DNA of 40,048 nt from NCBI GenBank assembly GCA_023387555.1, contig JAEWHY010000013.1, forward strand, positions 1 through 40,048. The letters run 5' to 3'. Below the pieces are notes generated by a model that ran no database searches, was not told the origin of the DNA, and saw only the letters and a list, made by a program, of their open reading frames with translations. The DNA comes from Pseudomonadota bacterium (GTDB taxonomy: Bacteria > Pseudomonadota > Alphaproteobacteria > Rhizobiales > Xanthobacteraceae). Within the stretch, counting starts at the first letter, position 1; the number at the start of each line of letters is the position of its first letter. The position numbers and the translations under genes are program-made. Of the stretch, positions 17,959-26,362 are shown one piece after another.

Positions 17959-19812
17959 TCAAGCGTTATTGCCGGAGGGCGTTCCTCCACCCAGCGCCCG
18001 CAACGCATTGGCAATGACTGCCACGTCGATTGCCTCCTGCAACAGCGCCCCCTGCACCGGCGGCAGATATCCGAATGCGGCGACAACCATCGCAAGGCCC
18101 GACAGTCCGAGGCCGGCCATCACGCTCTGCAAGGCGATCCGGCGCGAGCGTTGCGCGATCCGCATCGCCGGCACGATCCGGTCCACCTGATCGACCAGCA
18201 GCACGACATCGGCGGCCTGCGCCGAGGCCGCGGCGCCGCGCGCACCCATGGCGACGCCGACATCCGCCGCCGCGAGCGCCGGCGCGTCGTTGACCCCGTC
18301 GCCTGCCATCATCACCGGACCGTTCTTGCGTTCGGACAGGACCACCATGACCTTCTGGTCGGGCGTCAGTTCGGATCGCACCGCATCGACATCGAGTCCG
18401 GCGGTGACCGCCTTTGCCACGTCGGCGCGGTCGCCGGTGGCGAGCACGATGCGATCAATGCCGAGCCTGCGCAGGTTCTGCAGAAAGCCGCCGGTGCCGG
18501 CGCGCAGCCGGTCCGCCATCACGATTTCGCCGGCGTGGACGCCATCGATCCCGACCGAAACCGTGACGATGCCAGGCGCAATCGTCTGCGGGCGGGCGAT
18601 CGGCGTACCCATCTGGGATGACACATAGGAGCGTCCGCCAACGGCGACCTTGCGGCCGTCGACCATGCCGGTGAGGCCCTCGCCTGGCGTTTCGGACACG
18701 CCGGTCGGCACACTGAGCGCGAGACCCCGCGCCCGCGCATCGGCGACGATCGCGTCGGCGACGACATGCTTCGAGGCCTGATCGAGCGAGGCCGCCAGCC
18801 GCAGCACCTCGTCCGGCGCAGCCGCGGCGGGCGTCACGACCTCCTTCACCTCTGGCCGGCCGACCGTCAGCGTCCCGGTCTTGTCGATGACCAAGACGCG
18901 CATCCGCCCCATGGTTTCGAGCGCGGCACCGTTCTTGACCAGGATGCCGTTGCGCGCTGCCCGCGACATGCCGGACACCCAGGCGATCGGGACCGCCAGG
19001 ATCAGCGGGCACGGCGTTGCCACGACTAGCACCGCGACCGCCCGGATCGGGTCGCTGGTGAGGAACCAGGCGCCGCCGGCCAGCGCGACGGTGACGGCGA
19101 GGAACACCAGCGAATAGCGATCCGCCAGCCGCGCCATCGGCGCCCGCGATTCCTGCGCCCGCTCGACGAGCCGCACGATCGCCGCATAGGTGCTGTCGGC
19201 GGCGCGGCGCGATCCGATCAGATCGAATGCCTCGCCGGCATTGGTCGCGCCGCTCATCACCTCGGCGCCGGCCTCAAGGCGAACAGGCACCGATTCCCCC
19301 GTCAGCGCCGATTGATCGAGGGTGGCCGACCCGGCCGCGACGGTCCCGTCCACGGGGACGATATCGCCGCGCCGGATCAGCAGCGTGTCGCCAGGCTCGA
19401 TCGCATCGATCGGGATTTTCTCGAGCTCGCCATTGCGGTGACGCATCGCAAAGCGCGGCGCGCGCGCCAGCAACTGCGTCATGTCCCGCCGCGCCCGGCG
19501 CTCCGCATAGCTTTCGAGATATTGGCCGCCGGAATACATCAGGGCGACAATGGCGGCGGCGAGATATTCGCCGACCGCAAGCGCCGCAGTCATCGACAGC
19601 GCGGCGACGATATCGAGGCCGACCTTGCCGGCGCGCAGGCTCTGCCAGATCTCAACGACCAGGGCGGCAAGGACCGGAACCACCGCCGCGGCCCAGATCA
19701 TGCCGGACCAGGCGCCTAGGCCCAACAGATGCGCGGCAAAGCCGGCGGCCAGACCGGCCGCGGCAATCGCAATCAGCACGGGACGCAGCGCAAATCCCTG
19801 GATCGTATTCAC
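17959..19812 (-). CDS. Heavy-metal-translocating P-type ATPase, P1B-5-like
   Basis: TGES, TPCP in the metal-binding helix (19017-19006), DKTGT, TGD, GDGVNDAP, QEAID. No N-terminal metal-binding domain. Confidence 0.92.
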   Translation of the reverse strand: MNTIQGFALRPVLIAIAAAGLAAGFAAHLLGLGAWSGMIWAAAVVPVLAALVVEIWQSLRAGKVGLDIVAALSMTAALAVGEYLAAAIVALMYSGGQYLESYAERRARRDMTQLLARAPRFAMRHRNGELEKIPIDAIEPGDTLLIRRGDIVPVDGTVAAGSATLDQSALTGESVPVRLEAGAEVMSGATNAGEAFDLIGSRRAADSTYAAIVRLVERAQESRAPMARLADRYSLVFLAVTVALAGGAWFLTSDPIRAVAVLVVATPCPLILAVPIAWVSGMSRAARNGILVKNGAALETMGRMRVLVIDKTGTLTVGRPEVKEVVTPAAAAPDEVLRLAASLDQASKHVVADAIVADARARGLALSVPTGVSETPGEGLTGMVDGRKVAVGGRSYVSSQMGTPIARPQTIAPGIVTVSVGIDGVHAGEIVMADRLRAGTGGFLQNLRRLGIDRIVLATGDRADVAKAVTAGLDVDAVRSELTPDQKVMVVLSERKNGPVMMAGDGVNDAPALAAADVGVAMGARGAAASAQAADVVLLVDQVDRIVPAMRIAQRSRRIALQSVMAGLGLSGLAMVVAAFGYLPPVQGALLQEAIDVAVIANALRALGGGTPSGNNA

Positions 19813-19908
19813 CTGACGTCACTTTGCGGCGGCTATAATGACGACCTGAAACGCCAATAGAGATGGCGGCCGCGCGCGGCAAACGCGGTCGCAGGCGGCT
19901 TGCGGCCG

Positions 19909-20460
19909 CTACATCGCCTCCGGGCCGCGGCCGATCGCGACCACGCCGGTGCGCGACACCTCGACCAGGCCGAGCGGCAGCATCAGCTCCACGAACTGGT
20001 CGATCTTGTCGCTCTTGCCGGTGATCTCAAACACGAAGCTCTCAGTGGTGGCGTCGATCACGCGGGCGCGGAACGCATCCGCGAGGCGCAGCGCCTCGAC
20101 ACGATGATCGCCCTTGCCGCGCACCTTCACCATCGCGAGTTCGCGCTCGATCGAGGGACCGGCGACGGTGAGATCGATGACGCGATGTATCGGCACGAGG
20201 CGCTCGAGCTGATGCTTGATCTGCTCGATCACCATCGGCGTGCCGCTGGTGACGATGGTGATGCGCGACAGATGCTTCTCGTGCTCGGTCTCGGAGACCG
20301 TCAGGGAGTCGATATTGTAGCCGCGGCCGGAGAACAGGCCGATGACACGGGCGAGAACGCCCGGTTCGTTGTCGACAAGCACCGACAGCGTATGGCGCTC
20401 GATCGTCTGCGCCACGGGCGCTGCGGGATAATGCGATGTGGATGGCACGTTTGCGTTCAC
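19909..20460 (-). CDS. ilvH: Acetolactate synthase small (regulatory) subunit
   Basis: ACT domain HTLSVLVDNEPGVLARVIGLFSGRGYNIDSL, ERELAMVKV, EVSRTGVVA. Confidence 0.96.
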   Translation of the reverse strand: MNANVPSTSHYPAAPVAQTIERHTLSVLVDNEPGVLARVIGLFSGRGYNIDSLTVSETEHEKHLSRITIVTSGTPMVIEQIKHQLERLVPIHRVIDLTVAGPSIERELAMVKVRGKGDHRVEALRLADAFRARVIDATTESFVFEITGKSDKIDQFVELMLPLGLVEVSRTGVVAIGRGPEAM

Positions 20461-20483
20461 GACTGTTGATCCTTGCTCCGTCT

Positions 20484-20627
20484 ACCCTCTCCCCTTGAGG
20501 GAGAGGGTGGCACATTGCGAGCAATTGCGAGCAACGTGCCGGGTGAGGGGTAACTTAGTCACGTTGCGTTCCGGACCCCTCACCCGGCTCGCTTCGCTCG
20601 CCACCCTCTCCCTCAAGGGGAGAGGGT
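20484..20627. repeat. RIME/CIR-like miniature element with perfect 28-bp terminal inverted repeats, between ilvI and ilvH
   Basis: ACCCTCTCCCCTTGAGGGAGAGGGTGGC ... GCCACCCTCTCCCTCAAGGGGAGAGGGT, with inner pair CCGGGTGAGGGGT / ACCCCTCACCCGG. Confidence 0.85.
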
Positions 20628-20646
20628 TGCACCGCGCACGCGGCAT

Positions 20647-22407
20647 CTACACCAGCATCTTGCCTTCTTCGGTGATCGCCGCGTCGAGGCTTTCCGCCGC
20701 ATCGCCGAGGATCATCTCGTTATGCGCGCGCCCTGACGGGATCATCGGGAAGCAGTTTTCCTTCTGATCGACCACGCAGTCGAAGATCACCGGCTTGTCG
20801 ATGTTGATCATTTCCATGATCGCCTCGTCGAGGTCGCCGGGCCTCTGGCAGCGGATGCCATGCGCGTGCATCGCGTCCGCGAGCTTGACGAAGTCCGGCA
20901 GCGCCTCCGAATAGCTTTCCGAATAGCGGTTGCCGTGCAGCAATTCCTGCCACTGGCGCACCATGCCCATGTACTGGTTGTTCAGGATGAAGACCTTGAT
21001 CGGCAGCCGGTATTGCACCGCGGTCGAAAGCTCCTGCATCGTCATCTGCACCGACGCCTCGCCCGCGATGTCGATCACCAGCGACTTCGGGTGCGCCATC
21101 TGCACGCCGACCGCGGCCGGCAGGCCGTAACCCATGGTGCCGAGGCCGCCCGAGGTCATCCAGCGGTTCGGCTCCTGGAACTGGTAGAACTGCGCGGCCC
21201 ACATCTGGTGCTGGCCGACCTCGGTCGTGATGTAGGTGTCACGGTCCTTGGTCAGCGCAAACAGCCGTTCGATCGCGTATTGCGGCTTGATGATGTCGTT
21301 CGACGGACGATAGCTGAGCGACTTGCGGGCGCGCCACTTGTCGATCGACTTCCACCAGTCGGCGATCGCCTTCTTGTCCGGCTGCGCCGAGGCGGTGCGC
21401 CACATCCGCGTCATGTCTTCCAGCACATGCGCGCAATCGCCGACGATCGGCACATCGACCTTGACGTTCTTGTTGATCGAGGACGGGTCGATATCGACAT
21501 GGATCTTCTTGGAGAACGGCGCGAACGCATCGAGCCGGCCGGTGATGCGGTCGTCGAACCTTGCACCGATGCAGATCATCAGGTCGCAGTCGTGCATCGC
21601 CATGTTGGCTTCGTAGGTGCCGTGCATGCCGAGCATGCCGAGCCATTGCGGATCGGCGGCCGGATAGGCGCCGAGTCCCATCAGCGTCGAGGTGATCGGG
21701 AAGCCGGTCAGCTTCACGAGCTCGCGCAGCAGGTGGCTGGCCTCCTTGCCGGAATTGATGATGCCGCCGCCGGTATAGAACAGCGGGCGCTTGGCCTTCG
21801 CCATCATCTCGACGGCCTGCTTGATGCGGTCGAGGTCGCCCTTGATCTTCGGCGTATAGGTCTTGTGCTTGATGTTCTGCGGACCCGAATAGGTGCCCTT
21901 GGCGAACTGGATGTCCTTCGGGATGTCGACCACCACCGGGCCCGGCCGGCCGCTCGCGGCGACATAGAACGCCTCGTGCAGCACGCGCGGCAGATCCTCG
22001 ATCCGCTTCACCAGATAATTGTGCTTGGTGCAGGGCCGCGTGATGCCGACGGTGTCGCATTCCTGGAACGCGTCGTTGCCGATCAGATGGGTCGGCACCT
22101 GACCGGTGATGCACACGATCGGGATCGAATCCATCAGCGCGTCGGCAAGGCCCGTCACCGCATTCGTGGCACCAGGTCCCGACGTCACCAGCACGCAGCC
22201 GACCTTGCCGGTGGAGCGGGCATAGCCTTCTGCCATATGGACGGCGCCCTGCTCATGACGCACCAGCACGTGCTTGACCCGCTCCTGCTGGAAAATGGCG
22301 TCATAGATCGGCAGCACCGCCCCGCCGGGGTAACCGAAGATGTGTTTGACGCCCTGATCGGCGAGCGCCTCGATCACCATTTCGGCGCCGGTCATTTCCT
22401 TGGTCAT
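20647..22407 (-). CDS. ilvI: Acetolactate synthase large subunit (biosynthetic type)
   Basis: FGYPGGAVLPIYD, RHEQGA.HMAEGYAR, TSGPGATN, GARFDDRITG, SGGLGTMG, LNNQYMGMVRQWQ. Start ATG 22407. Confidence 0.97.
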   Translation of the reverse strand: MTKEMTGAEMVIEALADQGVKHIFGYPGGAVLPIYDAIFQQERVKHVLVRHEQGAVHMAEGYARSTGKVGCVLVTSGPGATNAVTGLADALMDSIPIVCITGQVPTHLIGNDAFQECDTVGITRPCTKHNYLVKRIEDLPRVLHEAFYVAASGRPGPVVVDIPKDIQFAKGTYSGPQNIKHKTYTPKIKGDLDRIKQAVEMMAKAKRPLFYTGGGIINSGKEASHLLRELVKLTGFPITSTLMGLGAYPAADPQWLGMLGMHGTYEANMAMHDCDLMICIGARFDDRITGRLDAFAPFSKKIHVDIDPSSINKNVKVDVPIVGDCAHVLEDMTRMWRTASAQPDKKAIADWWKSIDKWRARKSLSYRPSNDIIKPQYAIERLFALTKDRDTYITTEVGQHQMWAAQFYQFQEPNRWMTSGGLGTMGYGLPAAVGVQMAHPKSLVIDIAGEASVQMTMQELSTAVQYRLPIKVFILNNQYMGMVRQWQELLHGNRYSESYSEALPDFVKLADAMHAHGIRCQRPGDLDEAIMEMINIDKPVIFDCVVDQKENCFPMIPSGRAHNEMILGDAAESLDAAITEEGKMLV

Positions 22408-22453
22408 GGTCACTACTCCACCTGGATTCGGCTTCGTCCCGCAGTCTGGAAAC

Positions 22454-22475
22454 AAAAAAGGGCCTTTCGGCCCTT
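22454..22475 (-). terminator. Attenuator terminator upstream of ilvI
   Basis: mRNA AAGGGCC-GAAA-GGCCCUUUUUU. Confidence 0.88.
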
Positions 22476-22506
22476 CGGTACGGCGCATCACCCGGCGCGG
22501 ATGGTC

Positions 22507-22566
22507 TTAGCCACCCCCGGCGATGCGCCTTCCTACGATTACGAGCGAAATAAAATTGCGCGACAT
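22507..22566 (-). CDS. ilv attenuator leader peptide (19 aa, MSRNFISLVIVGRRIAGGG)
   Basis: ATG 22566 to TAA 22507 with the clustered codons ATT-TCG-CTC-GTA-ATC-GTA (I-S-L-V-I-V), followed by a GGCGCAUC/GAUGCGCC hairpin and the terminator. Confidence 0.85.
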   Translation of the reverse strand: MSRNFISLVIVGRRIAGGG

Positions 22567-22597
22567 GGCTCAACTCAGCACGAACGTTGCGCGTGGG

Positions 22598-22626
22598 GGT
22601 ATAAGGGCTAAACCCCGCGCGGTCAA
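22598..22626 (-). promoter_or_regulatory. Putative sigma70 promoter of the ilv leader
   Basis: TTGACC-N17-TATACC. Confidence 0.6.
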
Positions 22627-22696
22627 GCGGGCGGGTCATCAACAAGACCGCCGCCAGAGGTTATGATTGCACTGGAACGTAGTGTGAGAGGCTTCG

Positions 22697-23026
22697 ATGG
22701 TGAAATCACGAATTCTGGCGGTCGCCTTGGCGGCCGGACTGCTCGCGGCTCCGGTCGCATATGCGCAGACGCCCGCACCTGCAACGGCCCCGGCATCCGC
22801 ACCGGCCAAGGAGGGCTTCCGGAGCTGGACCTGGAACAAGGTGTCCGGCAACTGGAAGCGCATGAAGGGCGCGGTCAAGGAGCGCTGGGGCAAGCTCACC
22901 CACAATGAGGTGCAGGAGGCGCGCGGCCGACGCGAGGCGTTGAACGGCTTCATCCAGGCGCGCTACGGCATCGATCGCGAGACCGCGGACCGCCAGATCG
23001 ACGAATGGCTCAAGACCCTGAAATGA
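22697..23026 (+). CDS. CsbD/YjbJ-family protein with an N-terminal signal peptide and Pro/Ala linker
   Basis: MVKSRILAVALAAGLLAAPVAYA-Q signal. WNKVSGNWKRMKGAVKERWGKLT.......G.R..L.G.IQ.RYG.....A..Q...W is the YjbJ pattern. Confidence 0.85.
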   Translation: MVKSRILAVALAAGLLAAPVAYAQTPAPATAPASAPAKEGFRSWTWNKVSGNWKRMKGAVKERWGKLTHNEVQEARGRREALNGFIQARYGIDRETADRQIDEWLKTLK

Positions 23027-23033
23027 GCGCGGT

Positions 23034-23855
23034 GTGGCTGCCCCTTCCCCACAAGCTCCGACGGTCCCGCGCACCCGCCTGACCGCGCGCGGTTTGCTGC
23101 TCGGCGAGCGGATTGACACCGCGGGCCTCGAACGCAGCGACGTCATCAATACCGTGCCGCTCGCGTTCCGCGTCGGCGCCGGTTACGTCGTGCTGTTCCG
23201 CTATGGGGTTGCGGTGCTGATCGGACTGTCGCCGATCGAGGAGGATGAGACCATCCGCGGGCTCGGCCCGCGCATCATAGCCCCGGCGACCCGCGTCGAG
23301 GACGAGATCGCGACCATCGAGATCGACGCCGATCAGGACGACCAGATCGATCCGGGCGGCTCGATCAGGGTCAGGGATCTGTCGCCGCCGCGGCTTGTGG
23401 TGATCGCCGACGCGCTCGCCAAGAATGTCGTCCTGTCGCATCAGGAGCGCGAAGTCCGCGGCGTGTTCGATATCGTCGAGCCGCTGGCCGCCAGGCTCGC
23501 CGCCGGCGGCCGCACGCCGACCAAACGCAGCAACATGGTCAAGGTGATCGGCCAGTCGCTGCTGGTGCGTCAGCGGCTCACCGGCCGCGTCGAGGTCGAC
23601 GAGAAGCCCGACGTGCTGTGGGACCGCTTCGATCTGGAACGGCTGCATGCGCGTCTCGCCGACGAATACGAACTGAAGGAGCGCTCCGCGGCATTGTCCC
23701 GCAAGATCGAGGTGATCGGCGAGACTGCCCGCGCCCTCACCGATCTGATCGACACGGCCCGGGCCACGCGCCTCGAAGTGATGATCGTGCTGCTGATCGT
23801 GATCGAGGTGCTGTTCACCTTCTACGACTTCTTCTTCAAGGCCAAAGGCGGTTGA
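23034..23855 (+). CDS. RMD1/DUF155 family protein
   Basis: VLFRYGVAV.IG, ADALAKNV.L, KPDVLWD...LERL...L.DEYEL.ER, RLEVMIVLLIVIE C-terminal TM. GTG start is uncertain. Confidence 0.88.
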   Translation: MAAPSPQAPTVPRTRLTARGLLLGERIDTAGLERSDVINTVPLAFRVGAGYVVLFRYGVAVLIGLSPIEEDETIRGLGPRIIAPATRVEDEIATIEIDADQDDQIDPGGSIRVRDLSPPRLVVIADALAKNVVLSHQEREVRGVFDIVEPLAARLAAGGRTPTKRSNMVKVIGQSLLVRQRLTGRVEVDEKPDVLWDRFDLERLHARLADEYELKERSAALSRKIEVIGETARALTDLIDTARATRLEVMIVLLIVIEVLFTFYDFFFKAKGG

Positions 23856-23889
23856 ACCCCGCCCATGACCCGGCTGATGGCGCGCAGCA

Positions 23890-24939
23890 TCAGCCCGACC
23901 CCGATGTGCCGGCCTCAAGGATCGAGACGATCGAGAACAGCGTGAAGCACACCGCGCCCAGTCCGACCATCACGCGCGACGGCACGAAGAAGCCGGAATT
24001 GGTGTCCGCCGCCTCGAACAGGAAGGCGGCGAAGAACAGGCAGGTCAATGCCGTGAAGACCGGCAGCAGTGGAATGCGGCTGGCCAGCGGAAAGCTCTGA
24101 CGCCAGACGAGCGCCAGCAGCAGCGACTTGGACAGGATGCTGTAGCAGATCAGACCGAGGCCAATCAGCACGATACCTGGTGCGAGACGATAGGGCTGCT
24201 CGCTTGAGATCAGCACATAAATGCCGAGCAGGATGTTGATCGTGCCCATGATGATGACCAGCCAGCTCCAGGCATAGCGCTCGCCCTCACTGAAAACATT
24301 ACGGATCTGGCGTGCGATGCTGGCGACAAGAGCGCAAAGGCTGACGCAGATCGCTGACAGCCCGAACAGCACATGACCGGCGACATAGCCGGCCGCATCG
24401 CCGCGCACCAGAAGACGGTAGGTCATCACGAATCCGATTGCCCCGCAGATCAACGGGATTGCGATGAGTTGCCAGGCCACCCCTTTCGACAGAGCGCCTT
24501 CCGGCGGGCCGGAGCCGGGATCGCGCGCCGCGCTGACCGGAATGAGGCTGAAGACCGTGGACGCGGTCGCCACCGTGCTGACGCAAATCGCGATCAGTCC
24601 TACTCCGAACGCGATGTGGCCGGCGACGATATGTTCCGGCAGATCGCTCTGGGCGAACAGAGCGATACCCCAGAAGACCGTCACAAGCGCTACGATATAG
24701 CCGGACGCTGGGAGGACAACCTGCCAGACTGCGTTGTAGCGGTGGATGAGCTGGCGGATGATCGTCGCCGCCGTGGTGAACAGCGCATAACAGATCGCCG
24801 TCAGCGCGATATTGACGTGGCCCGCCACGTAGTGATTGGCGTCGGTTCCGCCGTACAGAATATAAAGACCGAATGCGAGACAAACCGCGCCCATCATCAG
24901 CGGGATGGCGCGAAACAGCACGCTGATCTCGAGGTTCAT
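23890..24939 (-). CDS. yhiM: YhiM/DUF2776 family inner membrane protein
   Basis: 349 aa with three VAGH repeats, RLAPGIVLIGLGLICYSI.SK..LLALVWR, SRIP..PVFT, PSRV.VGLGAVCFTLFSIVSILEAG, matching E. coli YhiM as I recall it. Confidence 0.85.
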   Translation of the reverse strand: MNLEISVLFRAIPLMMGAVCLAFGLYILYGGTDANHYVAGHVNIALTAICYALFTTAATIIRQLIHRYNAVWQVVLPASGYIVALVTVFWGIALFAQSDLPEHIVAGHIAFGVGLIAICVSTVATASTVFSLIPVSAARDPGSGPPEGALSKGVAWQLIAIPLICGAIGFVMTYRLLVRGDAAGYVAGHVLFGLSAICVSLCALVASIARQIRNVFSEGERYAWSWLVIIMGTINILLGIYVLISSEQPYRLAPGIVLIGLGLICYSILSKSLLLALVWRQSFPLASRIPLLPVFTALTCLFFAAFLFEAADTNSGFFVPSRVMVGLGAVCFTLFSIVSILEAGTSGSG

Positions 24940-25026
24940 GACGACCTCACCCGGAATGCCCCGGTTGCGAACCGGATCCGGGGCGGGTCAGACGTTGGGA
25001 ATGCGCGCAACAACCGTCGCAGCCCC

Positions 25027-25051
25027 AACGTACTGACCGCACCGCTGTTCC
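25027..25051 (-). promoter_or_regulatory. sigma-EcfG (general stress response) type promoter upstream of yhiM
   Basis: Minus strand GGAAC-agcggtgcggtcagta(16)-CGTT, about 90 bp before the ATG. Confidence 0.7.
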
Positions 25052-25209
25052 CCGGGCAGGCGTTCAGCCAGCGGATCAGTCTTTCGAGACGATCGGACAT
25101 AGCCGCGCGCTATCGGCTAGCAGCCGTGCAGATGATCAGCCGCGAAACCCGTGCAGCCGGCGCCTTATGGGTTCGACTTGCTGTCGGTCGAATCCAGGTC
25201 TTCACGCGT

Positions 25210-26283
25210 TCATTCGGTCGCGTCCGACGCGGCCGCCTCGTCCGCGGGCCTTGCGGCTTCAACGGCAGGAGCGTCGGGTACAGGACTGGAAACAGGCGCT
25301 TGCAAAGCCTTGGCGGCCTTCTCGACGGGCGCCGGTGCCGCGTCAGGTTGGGGCGCGGTCGCAGCTTCCGGTGCGGGTGCAGCCGGCGCTGCCGGAGCAG
25401 CCTGCGGTGCCGGGATCGCGGCTTGCGGGGCTGCGGAGGGTTCGGCGGCAGGGGCTCCCGGCGCCACGGCCTCCGGCGCGGGTGACGGCGCGGCGACCGG
25501 CGCAGCCGGCTCGGGCTTCGGAAGCGCGGCGACGAAATAGGCGTCGTCGGCGGCCGAGAGATAGAACGACGGCACCTGCTCGCCCCCTGTTGCGCCTGAC
25601 ACTGTCTCGCGCACCTTCTTCATCAGCGCGATCAGTTCGATGCCGGGTTCCTCGATATGCCTGAGCAGCGCCGCGGTGAACGGACTGTTGCGCCCCTCGC
25701 CGTCCGCGACCTTACGGCCCGCGCCGGTGGCGAAGCTGACCAGAATGTTCTTAGGCTCCTCGACCTGCCGCTTCAGGCCGGACGGCAATAGCCGCTTCTG
25801 CGCCTCGCCGAACGGATCGTTGCGCGCGGCATCGACGAACACCATGCCGGCCTTCTCGACGCCTTCGAGCTGTTCGAGGATTTCCGGCAGGCTCAGCGAG
25901 CCCTTGGTGATGTCGGCAAGATTGCGCGCCTGTCCATCGGTCGCGAGCAGCCAGGCGACGCCATCGGATTGCAGCGCGTGGCCGGAATAGAACACCACCG
26001 CGACTTCGGCGAGTTTGGCCTTGTCACCGAACTGCTTCAGCGTGCGCCGCATATCCGCGACCGGCGCATTGCTGAGCGCGGTCACCTGAAAGCCGATCCG
26101 CTGCAGCGCGTCGCCCATGTCGGTCGCGTCGTTGACCGGATTTTTCAGCGAGGTCACGTTGCTGTAGTCGGAATTGCCGATCACAAGCGCGACCTTCCTG
26201 TCCTGTGCGAAGGCTGGCTGCGCGGCGAGCAGGCCGGCCGCGATCGCCGCGCTGCCGGCGAGTTGAAGCATCCTCGAGATCAT
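25210..26283 (-). CDS. Exported caspase-like (peptidase C14) domain protein with catalytic Cys replaced by Ala and a Pro/Ala-rich tail
   Basis: Signal peptide (AFA-Q), KVALVIGNSDY, LKNPVNDA, VFYSGHA, FVDAARNDPF (canonical DACR), DGEGRNSPFT.ALL, GEQVP. RBS AGGAGAG before ATG 26283. Confidence 0.88.
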   Translation of the reverse strand: MISRMLQLAGSAAIAAGLLAAQPAFAQDRKVALVIGNSDYSNVTSLKNPVNDATDMGDALQRIGFQVTALSNAPVADMRRTLKQFGDKAKLAEVAVVFYSGHALQSDGVAWLLATDGQARNLADITKGSLSLPEILEQLEGVEKAGMVFVDAARNDPFGEAQKRLLPSGLKRQVEEPKNILVSFATGAGRKVADGEGRNSPFTAALLRHIEEPGIELIALMKKVRETVSGATGGEQVPSFYLSAADDAYFVAALPKPEPAAPVAAPSPAPEAVAPGAPAAEPSAAPQAAIPAPQAAPAAPAAPAPEAATAPQPDAAPAPVEKAAKALQAPVSSPVPDAPAVEAARPADEAAASDATE

Positions 26284-26362
26284 GGCGCTCTCTCCTGCCC
26301 CCGCAGACCAACGGACGGTCATGACGGGCTGAAGGGTCAGTCGCGGCGTCCGGCGATCCGGT

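Noticed and set aside
22639..22699. EcfG-type promoter for the csbD-like gene (TCAAC-N16-GTT, or GGAAC-N16-CGAT)
   Set aside because: The first has a poor -35 and short spacing. The second has its -10 overlapping the start codon.
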